A stretch of DNA of 64,000 bases from Alloascoidea hylecoeti. Taxonomy: Eukaryota. The position numbers and the translations under genes are program-made. The notes below the pieces were generated by a model. It saw only the letters and a list, made by a program, of their open reading frames with translations, did not search any database and was not told the origin of the DNA. This document shows, piece after piece, positions 10,137-23,363 of this stretch. The stretch lies in contig BCKZ01000002.1 of assembly GCA_001600815.1 (NCBI GenBank), positions 1,496,294 to 1,560,293 of the forward strand, in the 5' to 3' direction. Position 1 is the first letter of the stretch. Each line of letters starts with the position of its first letter.

Positions 10137-11954
10137 ATGAGTAAATCATTTAACGTTCAAGATAATGTTATAAATGCCCTTCGTGGATTTGTTAAATTCA
10201 ATCCATCTGTTGAATTGCTTGAAGAAGAACGAGTGGTTTATCTTCCAACTAACAAATCTGGGAAATCAACTAGGAAGGTTGCGATATTATCTGGTGGTGG
10301 ATCTGGTCATGAACCAACACATGCCGGATTTGTTGGAATTGGTTGTCTAAATGCCGCGGTCTGTGGTGATATTTTCTCTTCTCCTTCAACAAAGCAAATA
10401 ATGGCAGGAATTGAATCAATTTATAATTATAATAATGAAAAAGAAGAAGGTAAAGGTGTTTTATTGATTGTTAAAAATTATACTGGTGATATTCTACATT
10501 TTGGTTTAGCTGCTGAAAGAGCGAGAGGTAAAGGCATCAATGTTGAAACTGTTGTTATTGGTGATGATGTTTCTGTTGGTAGGAAAAAGGGTGATTTAGT
10601 TGGTAGAAGAGGGTTAGCTGGTACGGTATTGGTGCATAAGATTGTGGGTGGGGCAATTTTAACAATTGATAATTTAAACTTAAAAGATACTGTTATAATT
10701 GCACGATCGGTTAATAATAATTTAATTACAATAGGAGCTTCCTTGAATCATTGTCATGTTCCTGGTCATAAGTTTGAGATTAATTTAAAAGATAACGAAA
10801 TTGAAATTGGTATGGGTATTCATAATGAATCTGGTGTTGAAAAATTATCGCCAATTCCAAATATTGGGGAATTAATTTCAAATCATTTATTACCAAAGTT
10901 ATTATCATCAAAGGATAAAGATAGATATTTTGTGCCGTTCGATGCTAAAGTTGATAAATTTGTCTTGTTGATCAATAATCTTGGAGGTATTTCAAACCTG
11001 GACGTTTTAGGGATTTCTGAGATAACAACAAAAATTTTAAAATTCGAATATAATATCATACCTGTTAAAACTATTGTTGGTACTTTTATGACAGCATTAG
11101 ATGGGCCAGGTTTTAGTATTACATTGTTGAATATAACAAGAGCAAATAATGATATTAATATTTCATTACAAAATCAAAATATTGATATTCTTAAATTTTT
11201 AGAAGCTCCAACAACTGCACCAGGTTGGATTAATATCTCAAAAGGTTTATCTCATGATGAAAGAAATCTCAATACTAAAGATTATAGTGCTAAACATGAT
11301 CTACCAAAAGCCGCAGGTAAATTTGATAAACTATTATTTATAAAACTTGTAAAAAGCGGGATAAACAAACTTATAATTGAAGAAAATATCTCAGAGATCA
11401 CTAAATACGATACAATCGCAGGTGATGGAGATTGTGGAGAAACGCTAAAGAATGGAGGCCAAGCCATTTTAAAAGCTTTTAAAGATGAGCAAATTCCTTT
11501 TGATTCGGCAACTTCAACGGTTTCCGCTATATCTGATATAATCGAAAGTTCAATGGGTGGGACATCAGGGGGACTTTACTCAATATTTTTAACTGGCTTA
11601 ATACAGGGTATTCAAAAAACAAATAAGGATCATGATCAAATTACAACAAGTGAATTATCAAAATCCCTAGAAATTGGACTTGAAACATTATATAAGTATA
11701 CATTAGCAAAGCCAGGGGATAGGACATTAATTGACTCTCTTGAACCTTTTGTTAAAGAATTTTCAAAGAGTAGGGATTTTTCAAAAGCCGTTTTAAAATC
11801 CGGAGAAGGAGTTGAAAAAACCAAACAACAAAAAGCCAAGTTTGGAAGAGCATCTTACGTGAATGATGATATCTTAACGGAGGAGGTCATACCAGATCCC
11901 GGAGCTTACGGACTGCACATATTCCTTGAAGGTGTGAAAGAAGGATTGGAGTAA
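10137..11954 (+). CDS. DAK1: Dihydroxyacetone kinase (Dak1 + Dak2 domains)
   Basis: SGGGSGHEPTHAGFVG, VKNYTGD, GRRGLAG, GMGIHNE, GDGDCG, MGGTSG, GRASY and DPGA motifs; first ATG at 10137. Confidence 0.95.
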   Translation: MSKSFNVQDNVINALRGFVKFNPSVELLEEERVVYLPTNKSGKSTRKVAILSGGGSGHEPTHAGFVGIGCLNAAVCGDIFSSPSTKQIMAGIESIYNYNNEKEEGKGVLLIVKNYTGDILHFGLAAERARGKGINVETVVIGDDVSVGRKKGDLVGRRGLAGTVLVHKIVGGAILTIDNLNLKDTVIIARSVNNNLITIGASLNHCHVPGHKFEINLKDNEIEIGMGIHNESGVEKLSPIPNIGELISNHLLPKLLSSKDKDRYFVPFDAKVDKFVLLINNLGGISNLDVLGISEITTKILKFEYNIIPVKTIVGTFMTALDGPGFSITLLNITRANNDINISLQNQNIDILKFLEAPTTAPGWINISKGLSHDERNLNTKDYSAKHDLPKAAGKFDKLLFIKLVKSGINKLIIEENISEITKYDTIAGDGDCGETLKNGGQAILKAFKDEQIPFDSATSTVSAISDIIESSMGGTSGGLYSIFLTGLIQGIQKTNKDHDQITTSELSKSLEIGLETLYKYTLAKPGDRTLIDSLEPFVKEFSKSRDFSKAVLKSGEGVEKTKQQKAKFGRASYVNDDILTEEVIPDPGAYGLHIFLEGVKEGLE

Positions 11955-12301
11955 TATATAAATTTTCATACATACATATATTTAGGACGTATTCATATTC
12001 ATGGATTTTTTGATATATAAAGCAAGGGTGTGGGTGTATCCGATTGCCCGACCATGTACTTGACCATTTCGGGTAATCTTGTGCGTCCACTCTGCATGCA
12101 TGATGCTAATTATAAAACTAGGAAGAGAGGAAGATGTGGGGAACAAATCTAAACGTTTAAAAAGATGCGAAGAAAGTCCCAGGACTAACGGAGTCTTTCA
12201 TATATCGCCAGGGATTAAATACACCTTATTTTGTCTTTCTTCTGTCCTGTTCTTTTTCTTTTTTTCTTTTTTTCTCATTCTTCATCTAATATCAATCAAA
12301 A

Positions 12302-14722
12302 ATGTCTGCTTCTAAAGTTACTTTTGCAAATCAGGGGAAATTAAAGAAACTTCCGATTCCTGACGTGAATGAAACCTGCGCTAGCTATTTAGAAGCGTTG
12401 AAACCACTCCAGGTAATTATTTTATTTACGTATTTCCTATATTATATATTTTTTGTCTCTTATTAATAAGCATAAAGCAATTCTAACGAACTGATTTCAT
12501 AGACACCTCAAGAGCACAATCAATCAAAAGCAGCAATTAAAGAATTTCTAGAAACCTCAGGACCTTTATTAAATGAAGAATTAATAAAATATTCAAAGCC
12601 TCGATCATCATATATTGAGCAATTCTGGTATGATTCATATCTTAATTATGATTCACCTGTGGTTTTAAATTTGAATCCCTTTTTCATGCTAGAGGATGAC
12701 CCAACTCCAGCTCAATCATCCCAAATTCACAGAGCAGCGTCATTAACAACATCTTCCTTACGATTTATTAGAGCCTTACGGAAGGAGGAATTGCCACCTG
12801 ATGCTATACGTGATAGACCATTATGTATGTATCAATACTCAAGATTATTTGGTAGTTCTAGAATTCCAACAAATAGTGGTTGTGTGATGCAATCTGATAC
12901 AACCTCAAGACATATTATCGTTATTTGTCGTTCACAGTTCTATTGGTTTGATGTATTAGATGAGAATAATGATTTAATTATGTCAGAAAAGGATCTAGCA
13001 ATTAATTTCCAAACAATTATTGATGATGCTTTAGAAACTCCAATCACTGAAGCAGCTAAAAATGCCTTTGGTGTTTTAACAACTGAGAATAGAAGAGTTT
13101 GGGCCAATATTCGAGATAATTTAACAAAAAATGAAGATTCTGTAAATCATGATAACTTACAAGTTATTGATAATGGATTATTTATCGTTTGTTTGGATCA
13201 TTTAGATGTTGAAGATTTAGCTGATCTTTCCAAAAATATGTTATGTGGTATATCACAATTAGATATGGGTGTTCAAGTTGGTACTTGTACAAATCGTTGG
13301 TATGATAAGATTCAAATTATTGTCACTAAAAATGCAAAAGCTGGTATTAATTTTGAACACACTGGTGTTGATGGTCATACAGTATTAAGATATGTCTCTG
13401 ATATTTATACCGATTCGATTTTAAGATTTGCAAAATCAATTAATTCTAGTGCACCAACTTTATGGGCAACAAATTCACCAGATCCATCAAAAAGAGATCC
13501 AGCTTCATTTGGTGATGTAGTAACAACACCAAGAAAATTAGAATGGGATATGTCCCCCGATTTATTATTATCTTTAAGATTTGCAGAGACTAGAATCTCA
13601 GATTTGATTGAACAGAATGAATTTGAATGTCTTGATTTCAATCAATATGGTATGAACTATATAAAGCGTATGGGATTCTCACCTGATGCTTTTGTTCAAA
13701 TGAGTTTTCAAGCTGCTTATTATGCTTTATATGGTAAAGTTGAATGTACTTATGAACCAGCAATGACAAAATTTTTTCTACATGGTAGAACAGATGCAAT
13801 TAGAACAGTATCTGATGAATCTGTTAATTTTGTTAGAAAATTTTGTGAAGATTGTTCTCCAATTGATAAAATTGATTCCTTAAGAAGAGCTTGTGAAAAA
13901 CATGTACAAAGAACTAGAAAATGTTCACAAGGTTTGGGACAAGATCGTCATTTATATGCCTTATTTTGTATTTGGAAACGATACGTTGAAGAAGCTGCTG
14001 CTTCTGATCCTGATTATTCTTCCTCAGATCATGACCATGATCATGGTCATGCATCAGATACCTCATCAACTGTTGGTAACAATGTACCTAATCTTAATAA
14101 AAAGATCTCAGCAAAGGTTATTCCAGCAATTTTCGCAGATCCAGGCTGGGATAAATTAAACAATACGATATTATCGACATCAAATTGTGGTAATCCGGCT
14201 TTAAGAATGTTTGGTTTTGGTCCTGTTTCACCTGATGGCTTTGGTCTTGGTTATATCATTAAAGAGGATTCAATTGTTATTTGTGCATCATCAAAGCATC
14301 GACAGACTCGAAGATTATTGGATACATTAAACTCATATTTTCTAGAGGTTAGGAATCTTTGGAAAGAATCAGTACCAAATAAACCAGCCGTTGGCACAAG
14401 GGCCCGTTCACATGAAAGAGAACGATCATTGGCACTTAGTGGAAAGAAGACATTACTTGTTAGTCGACGCGGTTCACCTGATCGTAGTCGATTAGGGAAA
14501 TCATTGGGAATATTATCGCCTCTACCATCTTCTGTTCAACAAGTAAGGCAAACTACAGAAGAAGAAACACTGAATTATTTGCTTGGTGGTTATGGGTATT
14601 TCGATGTTGGTGATGCTGAGATTATATCAAGAGGTCCATCACCAGAGCCTCCATATAGTAGACATTTAACTAAATTGTCAAGGAAACAAATCGGTAAGAA
14701 GTTAAGATTATCAGAATATTAA
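12302..14722 (+). CDS. YAT1: Carnitine O-acetyltransferase, Yat1/FacC type, 2 exons (12302-12412, 12503-14722)
   Basis: Exon 1 contains KLPIPDVNETC; intron GTAATT...TTCTAAC...TAG is in frame; NRWYDK, FEHTGVDG and LSTSN motifs. Confidence 0.92.
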
Positions 14723-15292
14723 TACAATTATATAAATGAAAATAAAAAATAGTATGTAGTAGGAAAGGCGGTCTTGTGGGTAAAGATTTATGACTTTTAC
14801 GGGTATATACTATAAGTTTGTATGCATCTGGGAGAATTTATGTTGTTTTGTTGTAATTACTAATAATTAGACGTGCTTATTTATACCGTAAATACCAAGT
14901 AGGTACGTAAGAAATCGCGATAAGAAAGTAAATAAATAATTATAATTATAGTTCTTATCCGATGTAATTATTTACAAAACTACCATACCTAATACGTATG
15001 CGATCGTGATCATACAAAGTTAGAGTAAGAGTTATAGTCATTATTTAAAAAAAAATGAATGCATTGTTTAATTTATAATTAGTTATCCGTAAAAAAAATA
15101 TATATAGCTAGGGAATTTTATCGTTTATCATGATAATATTAATACACCAACAAAAGACAGAGCTCGATGAAAATCCGCCAAAGAAACAGGCGAAAAAGGG
15201 CAGGCTTAATAATTAAGAGAAAACAACCGAGGACAAAGTTTTAATAAAGAGAAATAAAAAATAGAACCAATAATCATAAGATTCATAACCAT

Positions 15293-15919
15293 TTAGTTGA
15301 CAAATATATCAATCTTACTACGAGTTTCTCTAGGACAACATTTGTTTGGATACTTGTCTCTCACAAGAATCTTGAGGTCCTTACTATTAGAAGGTGTCAT
15401 ATCAAGGTATTTATCAATCTCCATATCAAGAGCAATACTATGTGGCGTTGGTCCTGTTTGGCGGCCAACTTCTGTGAATGCCCCAACCGAATCTAAGCGA
15501 TCTACCAGATCTCCATCTTCCTCCCATACCGAGCCAGCTTTCCAATCACAATCATTACCATTATCATCAAACATTATGAATTTGCTAGAGCCGGTTTTGA
15601 TTTTAATGGGGATATGTTTCGAGTTTGTGACCACGTTTGGAGATTGGGTTGGTGCCGTGATAGATAACCGAGCAACTTCGGCATAGGATAACCGGCGCAC
15701 TTGTACCTCGGTAAAATCATTTTCACCATCTTCAAGGGCAATAACATTTGATTGAAGATTAGAAACCGGAGTGGGGTGCTGTTGATCAACTATAACAGGT
15801 GTTGAAAGCGCGTTATTTGTATCCGCACTAGTCAAATCAACAACGGCTTGGTTAAGCGTAGCGTTATTAGTAGATGAGGATGCGTTACCGGAGAATAAGT
15901 TGTTAAAGTAGTTGAGCAT
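15293..15919 (-). CDS. Hypothetical 208-aa protein with an RRLSYAEVA motif
   Basis: Clean ORF from the ATG of MLNYFNN, coding-like composition, TATA-like sequence upstream; no recognised domain. Confidence 0.65.
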   Translation of the reverse strand: MLNYFNNLFSGNASSSTNNATLNQAVVDLTSADTNNALSTPVIVDQQHPTPVSNLQSNVIALEDGENDFTEVQVRRLSYAEVARLSITAPTQSPNVVTNSKHIPIKIKTGSSKFIMFDDNGNDCDWKAGSVWEEDGDLVDRLDSVGAFTEVGRQTGPTPHSIALDMEIDKYLDMTPSNSKDLKILVRDKYPNKCCPRETRSKIDIFVN

Positions 15920-18900
15920 GTTTAAAAGAGTTATGGGAAGCCAAAAAAAGGGAGTTAGGGAAGTAGGGAAGAAAAGAAGAAAAAGAGTTGTGGGGGGAAA
16001 CAATGTCTTTATATAGAAAATAACATTACAATCGCGATAAGAAGGCAAACCTTCCTAGAGCATAAAAATTGCCGTTAAGACAACATCGAAAGGAGGCGTC
16101 TGTGACTCATAACAAGTCACCGGCACTCCGTCAGTTGCAACACTTCCAGATGGTTCCGAGGATTTTTTTTTCCGACTACTTCGTCTGGAAACGTGTTTGG
16201 TGGTTCTTTGAGCCTGACCATCAAGGTTTGCAAGTGCCTGTAAAGATGTGCAAGCCTATCAGATCATCCGGCACGTGTTTTACTCATTTCTTATCATAAA
16301 CATCACCAAATATAATGTGTAATTAATTATGAATCATATATTTTAATATAGTTGCTCAAATGATCTTATTATTATTGATTTTTTTAATTAATTTCTTCTC
16401 AGGCTTATAATTACAAACCGTTCCAAAGTCATATTTAAAACATCTTCACTGCTTTGTAATTAACAGTACGAACAGGTAACAAATCGGTCTTTTAAAGTAT
16501 AATCACTCTCTATTCTCATGTCATGATCACTACGATTGGTAATTAAACTTTTTTAGTTCCTTTATGTGAGATTATCTTAACCTTGCGGTTAATAGGCTGT
16601 TCTTCTAAATTAATTTCTTTGTTAACTCGAAAAGTTTTTTGTTGTAAATTCAACTATTAATTATTCACTTGCCTTCAATAAATAGCGTTCAAAAGTCTAC
16701 ATTTCTATTAATATAATTCCAGCTTCCCTTACACACATATTCGTTACAGTTAGGTACGAATGGTTGTCGCTTTTAGGCGAAGTATGCTGCTTCACAGCTA
16801 CGAATATAATTTTTATATGTAGTTATTTTCCTTAATAGCTGGTCATTATAGAAAAAAATATCAATATACCCTAGATCTGATTACAATTTAAAATTATTAT
16901 TATCGATTATTGTTTGTAATTGTGACACAAGTTGATTATAGTCTCTACGGATTAATTTATATCACACCGCAATTGGTGACTCTAGTAATATTGATTACAA
17001 TTGTATTAATTATGTTATTATGTTATTATTAAAACCCTCCCTGCCTTTTGATTTTAAAATTTCCAATTTTTATATAGTGCGCGTGTTTGTCGGGAAATCA
17101 CTAAACAAATATATCACTGTAAGTAATAATCCCATCATATTGGTGCTGTAAATTCTAAATCCCACACTAAATCCGGTTTCCTTACATATAAATTAATTAA
17201 GTTGTATGGTAAAAATTTCATGTGAACTAAATCTAGCAATTGGGCTATGTCTTGATAAAATCTTGATCTTCAATTACATGTGTGATTTCTCAAGTCATGC
17301 CCTATTATTTACATCATGAACCAACTGATTAAACTTATCTGGGTATCCTCATTCAAATCCCGTCTATAACTCCTAATGTAAATATCTATAGAGCTATTGG
17401 AGCCCTCTTCTGATACAAAAACCTTTCCAGAAAAGTTTTTAAGAATGAAGTCTTCCTCAAGATACTCGAGCTCACATCTAATTATTGACCCCACATTTAA
17501 AATCATCGAACACTTCTACACCATTAATATCGAATTTCAGTGATAAAACAAGAAAAAATATTGATCAGTTTCTCTCAATTTATTGTATAATAGTCATAGA
17601 AATATTAATGGAACTAGATTCATTACAATTGTTTTGATATTCTATTTTAAATTTAAAGTGGAGTTATTAGTGTTCAGCGGTTTCGATTAAACTAGAGTTT
17701 TACTTTTGTGTCACTGCTTTCACATAAAAATGGCAGATTATAACCAGTTACTGAATAATTCACAAGATCTTAAGATATTCTTAAAATGGTTTATATTGTT
17801 CTGTAAATTCAAAGATTCTATCTATTACTTTATAACTATAAATTTGGTATTTAATGTTAACTCCCTTAAAGCCATAAACGGCTGCTACTCTACAAACAAG
17901 GAGGATCGATAACTAGCACTCTTTCCCATGATACCATGTAGCACAACCACTTTTACAAATTCCAATCTACACCATAAGACACAGGCTCATACTTCCTTAA
18001 ATATATCGATGTTCAAAGGTCTTACTTTCATAGAACACATATTTACCAGGGTCTAGATCTTGTATAGACAGAACGTTAACATTTGTTACTGAATACAACA
18101 CCATCCCAAACATCATGAAACCACTTCAGTCTAACTTTAAGTCATATCATTCTGTTCATTTGGTTCTTTGCATTCAGAAAAGTTTTTTCAGGTGCTGAGA
18201 ATATTCTATATTCATGCTTTTCTAGAGAGTCTTAGGGTGGGTCTTTGGAGTGTAATACCTGAGAGAAGCTCTGGTATGGATAATCATAGGAAGAACAAAA
18301 CCATAACAAAATATGAAAGCAAGGGTTCTCTCGTTAATTCAGAACAGGTGTTGTTTTTCTTTACTATCAGTAAACCATATATATATATTTATATATACTG
18401 TAAAATCCCTTTTCCTCCGTTGGCATTGGTTTGTTCAACAACACAATAGAAAGAGTTACCCATACCTGATAGGTGCTTGTTTATTGACTGACTGCAATTG
18501 GAATATTAAATCTGACTTAATCACTATTTTGGGGTCAACCATTTCGTATAGAGGTTTTATGTCTATTTGAAGTATTCCAAGATAATCCATTTTGTTTTAA
18601 CGATTAACTATACGTACTTGTCTCTGGTAGTGGTAGAAATAACGGCTTTTAACCTATTAGATATGTTATCTTTATTAATGTTCTTATGTGGATATATGTA
18701 TCTATTTATAATGTAGAATATATGTTTATAGTTTATGTTGTATGATTTGAGGTTGAAGTATAGTAGTCACAGTTGGAAAAATCTGAAAAGTTTACCATAG
18801 TTAAGGATTTCAAATGATTTTTAATGCAAATTTATCATGTATGCAATTTGCAACTTATACCTAATTAGGGGAAATTGACATTAATTATTAATATTCTTTC

Positions 18901-19479
18901 GCAATCAATCGATTTTTATTTCCTCCCCATAGTTAAGGATAATTGAAATCTGAAAACACCTTAATTCAACCAAAATCAAGAAATTACACTTTATTTTAAT
19001 TTAGGTGAAGATGTTTTTTTAACATTTAAATTTTCATTTCGATATTATTTTTCAATCCTATTGATATGTATGAATACATGGTAGTGATAGAAGTCAAGTT
19101 ACTATATCCAGCTTCTGACTGCATGAAGGAATATCTTTGAATCTAAAGATAAGAATAATAAAGAGATTGATTTTTTTTGATTTTTTTTGCGCGAGATTTC
19201 CGGGTACTGATCCTTGTATCTTAAACAGGGGCACTACACCAAAGCTAGCATTTGAAACATATCACTATATATATCCCTTGAATTAGATTTTCAATACAAT
19301 CAGATTCATCATGTGCAGATTTGTTTAATTGTTATGGGCCTTTATATTTCCGCTCTTACCATAAATATAACATGCATTTCAATTATAGAGTAAATTTTAT
19401 ATGGAACATTAATAAAAAAAGTAAACATGATAACATATCTTAATATAATATACTATCCTTTCAAATGATTTTATTATTA

Positions 19480-21773
19480 TTAATTTCCTTTCTTCTCAGC
19501 TTCAAGTACTTTAATCAATTCCTCACCATCCTTACCTGTTTTAACCCTAATAACATAGGTATCAATTCCATCTTTTGTAAAACAGGGTATACGAACCATT
19601 TCATTCTTACCTTTCTGAACAGGTCCATAATTAATTTTATCATTTAAAGAAAAGTTAATTAAAACTCTACCTGCTCCATCACTCCTTACTAAAACTCTTG
19701 TTTTTTTAGTTTCTTTATGTTTTAAAACTTTTAACATCCCTACTCCTAAAACAGTATATGGCGACTTTTTATCTTCTGCGTTAAAATTGTAAATCTTGGC
19801 TTTTTTCTCATATTTGATTTCTTCATTTTCTTCTCCTGGTCCTTGTTCGGTTGAAAAGTCTTTTTGTTGCGAATCAGTATGAGTAGTAATTGATTCAGTC
19901 TTGTTATTATTGTCTTCAGGTTTTGTGGCAGGTGTTCCGTTTGTAGGATTGGGTTTGAACGTATTAATAGAAAAAGCAGTTTTGGAAGAATTGGAAGAAA
20001 ATGGAGAATTTGAGTTTGAATTAAAAGAAAAAGGTTTATTAACATTATTAGTTGAATCAGGGGATTTAGTAGCATTTGAAAAACTGAAACCTGAAGATGA
20101 TCCTGAAGTACCAAACGATTTATTCCCACCAAAATTAAACACTGATGATGGTTTAGTGGTAGTGGTATTAGCCGCTGTTGCTGTTGCCAAAGCACTGTCA
20201 TTACTGGAATCCTTTTGTTCTGTTGTAGCTGGTTTTCCAAAAGATATTTTTTGACTAGGATTCCATGTAAAATCCTTTGCACCAAATGAAGATGACTTAT
20301 CATCATCATTTGTATCTGTTATTTTTGAGTCGTCAGTTGTTGATGTAGTAGCGGCTGAATTGAATGAGAATACAGATTTTGGTTTGGTATTATCATCAAC
20401 AGTAGTTGCTGTAGAAGAAGTAAATGAAAATGCAGGTTTCTGCGACGACAGCCCATTGAAAGAAAAGTTTGGTTTATTGTTACTGACAGAGTCATCTTTA
20501 GTAGATTTTTCAGGTCCAGTAGGCAAAGAAAATGCTGGTTTTGAAGAATCATTATTTTTTTCTGTATCATTCTTATTAGCATTAAAACTAAATGATTTTG
20601 GTCCTTCAGTTGTATCTTTTTTAACTACTTCTTCAGTTTTAAATTTAAATGGACTTTTGAAATTCTTTGGTTTATCTTCTACTTTAAAAACAAAACCTGG
20701 ACCGGAACCTGTAGTGGTATTTGAATTATCAGCTTTAGTAGATTTATTGAACACAAATGGAGAGTTTGTGGTTGTGGGAGGTTTATCAAGTGTAAATTGA
20801 GGACCTTTAACTTCAACTTCATCATCGCTTTCACTATCACTATCACTATCAACCTTAGCAACTGGTTTATTTTCCAATTTTGCAGGTTTAGTAACCTCAG
20901 GATTCTTTGGTTTTGTAACTGAACTAAAATTAAAAGTATTTGAATTTGAATTTGAACTCAAATTAGGTGTTAAGCTTTTAGAACTAAATATCGGCTTTTC
21001 TTTTTCTAACTTTTCTTTATGCTCAGAAGCTAAAGGTTTGAAATTAAAGGTGCTTGAAGAATGTGGTGGAGTAGATTGTTTTGATTCTTTTGCACCAAAA
21101 TTGAAAGTAGAAGTTGAAGTTGAAGTCGAAGCTGAAGTCGAAGTTGAAGTCGAAGTTGAAATTGGAGTTGTTGAACTTGGAAAACTTCCAACAATTGATT
21201 TTCGATAATTAATATATTTTTCACAAATTTTCAGCAAATCAACATCTTTATGTTTGTTAATAGCAGATATAATAGAATCTTTAAACTGTTCATTTAAAGC
21301 AACAAATTTAAGACCTTTTTCATTTTCTTTCTTCTCTTTATCATTGTTAGAGATAGCAAAATTTTTTGCTTTTGATGGTGATGGTGATGACGATGAAAAT
21401 GAATTCAAAGCTGGGTATAGAGGAGCTGATGATAAATTTGGTTTTGTTGTAGCAATAGGTTTCAATGATGAAAAACTTGAAGCAAAACTAAAACCTTTTT
21501 CTTTTGTTTTATCATCCGAGTCTGAAGACCCAGCACTATTTGATTTTTGTAATCTAGATCTTGGCATAATGATCCTTTTTGTTTTTGCATTTGATGGTTA
21601 GTACTAGTGGACAAATATATAGTTACATAAGAAACTTACTTTCTTTTAGCTAAGACAGAAGCATCAGCTTTTACAGGAATATCAGGAACGTCATCGTCAT
21701 TCGAATTTTCGTCAGCAAATGGCTGTTGATTGCTAATTTGGGAAGTAGCTCTTCTTTTAGCAGAAAATCCCAT
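19480..21773 (-). CDS. NUP2: Nucleoporin Nup2/Nup50, 2 exons (21773-21640, 21574-19480)
   Basis: Spliced N-terminus MGFSAKRRATSQI...VLAKRKIIMPR (NUP50 domain), FxF repeats and a C-terminal Ran-binding domain; intron GTAAGT...TACTAAC...AAG. Confidence 0.92.
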
Positions 21774-21879
21774 GATTTATATATTTGTGTATGAATCTAT
21801 GTGTTTATTTACTTTTTCGCGTTGTCTCAGAAGTTTTGTGACGCAAAAATTCAAATCTGGGGTTTATGGGTGTTTTATG

Positions 21880-21911
21880 CACGTGCTTATAGTGTTTTGA
21901 TTGAGCCCTAA
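21880..21911. promoter_or_regulatory. Cbf1-type E-box plus Tbf1-type site in the NUP2/RPS25 divergent promoter
   Basis: CACGTG at 21880-21885 and AGCCCTAA at 21904-21911. Confidence 0.55.
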
Positions 21912-22052
21912 ATATTTATGGGGACTGCTATTTCTCAATTGGGTTGCGTGATGTGTGTTACATTATGCAGAGTATATCTGATACCTCATAGATTCCATCT
22001 TTATTTGAAGCTGTTGATTATTTGAAAACAAGTACATCACACATAAAGTCAA

Positions 22053-22278
22053 GTAAGTCAAAAATAAAAAGTGATATGATCAAAACTGTTGAGGAGCTAT
22101 TCATGATAATCTTAAATACCATCGTTAATACATCAGTGTCGAAAACCATCAAACATTAATGAACTACAAACAAGGGGGTTGATAACTATGCAAGATCGTT
22201 TGAAAATAGCTTTAACAACATTTTTGCATCTTCTCAATGGTCGATAGCTTGAATTTATAACTAACATCTGTTTTCCAG
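22053..22278 (+). other. 5'-UTR intron of RPS25
   Basis: GTAAGT donor, ACTAAC branch at about 22260, CAG acceptor one base before the ATG. Confidence 0.8.
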
Positions 22279-22279
22279 C

Positions 22280-22603
22280 ATGCCACCAAAGATTCAACAG
22301 TCCAAGGCCGCTAAGGCAGCTGCCGCCGCCGCTGGTGGAAAAAAAAGTAAGAAGAAGTGGTCCAAGGGAAAGGTTAAGGATAAGGCTCAACACCTTGTCG
22401 TCCTCGACCAAGAAAAATACGACAGAATTGTCAAAGAGACCCCCACCTACAGATTTATCTCAGTTTCTGTCCTTGTCGATAGATTAAAGATTGGTGGTTC
22501 CGTTGCCCGTTCTGCTATCAAGAAATTAGAAGAAGATGGCCTTATTAAACGTGTTTCCAGAAGTAGTTCACAATTGATTTACACTCGTGCAACAACTGCT
22601 TAA
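22280..22603 (+). CDS. RPS25: 40S ribosomal protein eS25
   Basis: MPPK...[15 protein letters not shown]...[18 protein letters not shown]...IYTRA. Confidence 0.98.
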   Translation: MPPKIQQSKAAKAAAAAAGGKKSKKKWSKGKVKDKAQHLVVLDQEKYDRIVKETPTYRFISVSVLVDRLKIGGSVARSAIKKLEEDGLIKRVSRSSSQLIYTRATTA

Positions 22604-22884
22604 ATTTAAATGAAATCAAATGAAACAAATTTTAATTATTATGGGGGGGTAAAAAATAGGGAAAGTGCAATATATGCATCTAATTTTTACATTCTTATGT
22701 ACCTTTATATGATTATCATTATTTTTTAGTATTAATGTACATTTTAACTTCAAATCTTATGATATATATCAGTGTTAGTATTTTTGTAAACAATAATCAT
22801 TTACAATAGGCCTATATTAGAACCTATATTCGCTTTGAAAAGTCTTAATATATGACCGTTTTAATAGCTAATATTAAATTCTTA

Positions 22885-22919
22885 TTAGGGCTTTTTAAAT
22901 TGAAGAAAGTATCACGTGA
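22885..22919. promoter_or_regulatory. Tbf1-type plus Cbf1-type sites upstream of the snoRNA host
   Basis: TTAGGGCT (reverse complement AGCCCTAA) at 22885-22892 and TCACGTGA at 22912-22919. Confidence 0.55.
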
Positions 22920-23126
22920 TCCAGAATTCATTTAAAACGCAGAAAATTTTTCCTTTATTCTTCTCCTTAATCAAATACTTGGTTTCAAAAATGTTTTTTT
23001 GAACAATTTATACAGTGAGTCTTTGCATTGCTATTTTTAAAGAAAAGGTTCAAATTGAATCAATTAAAGCTGATATATTATTTATGTCTTTGTTGCTTTG
23101 AATGGCATATTCTATTCTATAAGGAT

Positions 23127-23210
23127 AAGGGTGATTAAATAAATAATTTTTTAAAACTGAGGAAGTAAATGCAGGACAAAAAAACAATAGGAATTCTTCG
23201 TTTATGACTA
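23127..23210 (+). ncRNA. snR57: Box C/D snoRNA snR57-like
   Basis: C-like GTGATTA, CTGAGGAAGTAAATGCAGGAC and TAGGAATTCTTCGTTTATGA match recalled yeast snR57. Confidence 0.75.
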
Positions 23211-23363
23211 TTTCTTATATGCCTGAGGATATGCTTTTTTTATGGATTTGATTTAAACTAATTCTATTGATATAATATATTGTGATTGAAAGAACAGTAA
23301 ACTAACCGTTTTTACAGTGGTATGTTTTGGAACAAAGAATATAATTTATCATAATTTAATAAT

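Noticed and set aside
18780..18956. Short direct repeats CCATAGTTAAGGAT and AAATCTGAAAA
   Set aside because: Only two copies each, with no element boundaries.
19746..21601. Several overlapping or antisense ORFs within NUP2
   Set aside because: Shadows of low-complexity coding sequence with no independent motifs.
22053..22278. snoRNA inside the RPS25 UTR intron
   Set aside because: No convincing C/D or H/ACA box pair found.
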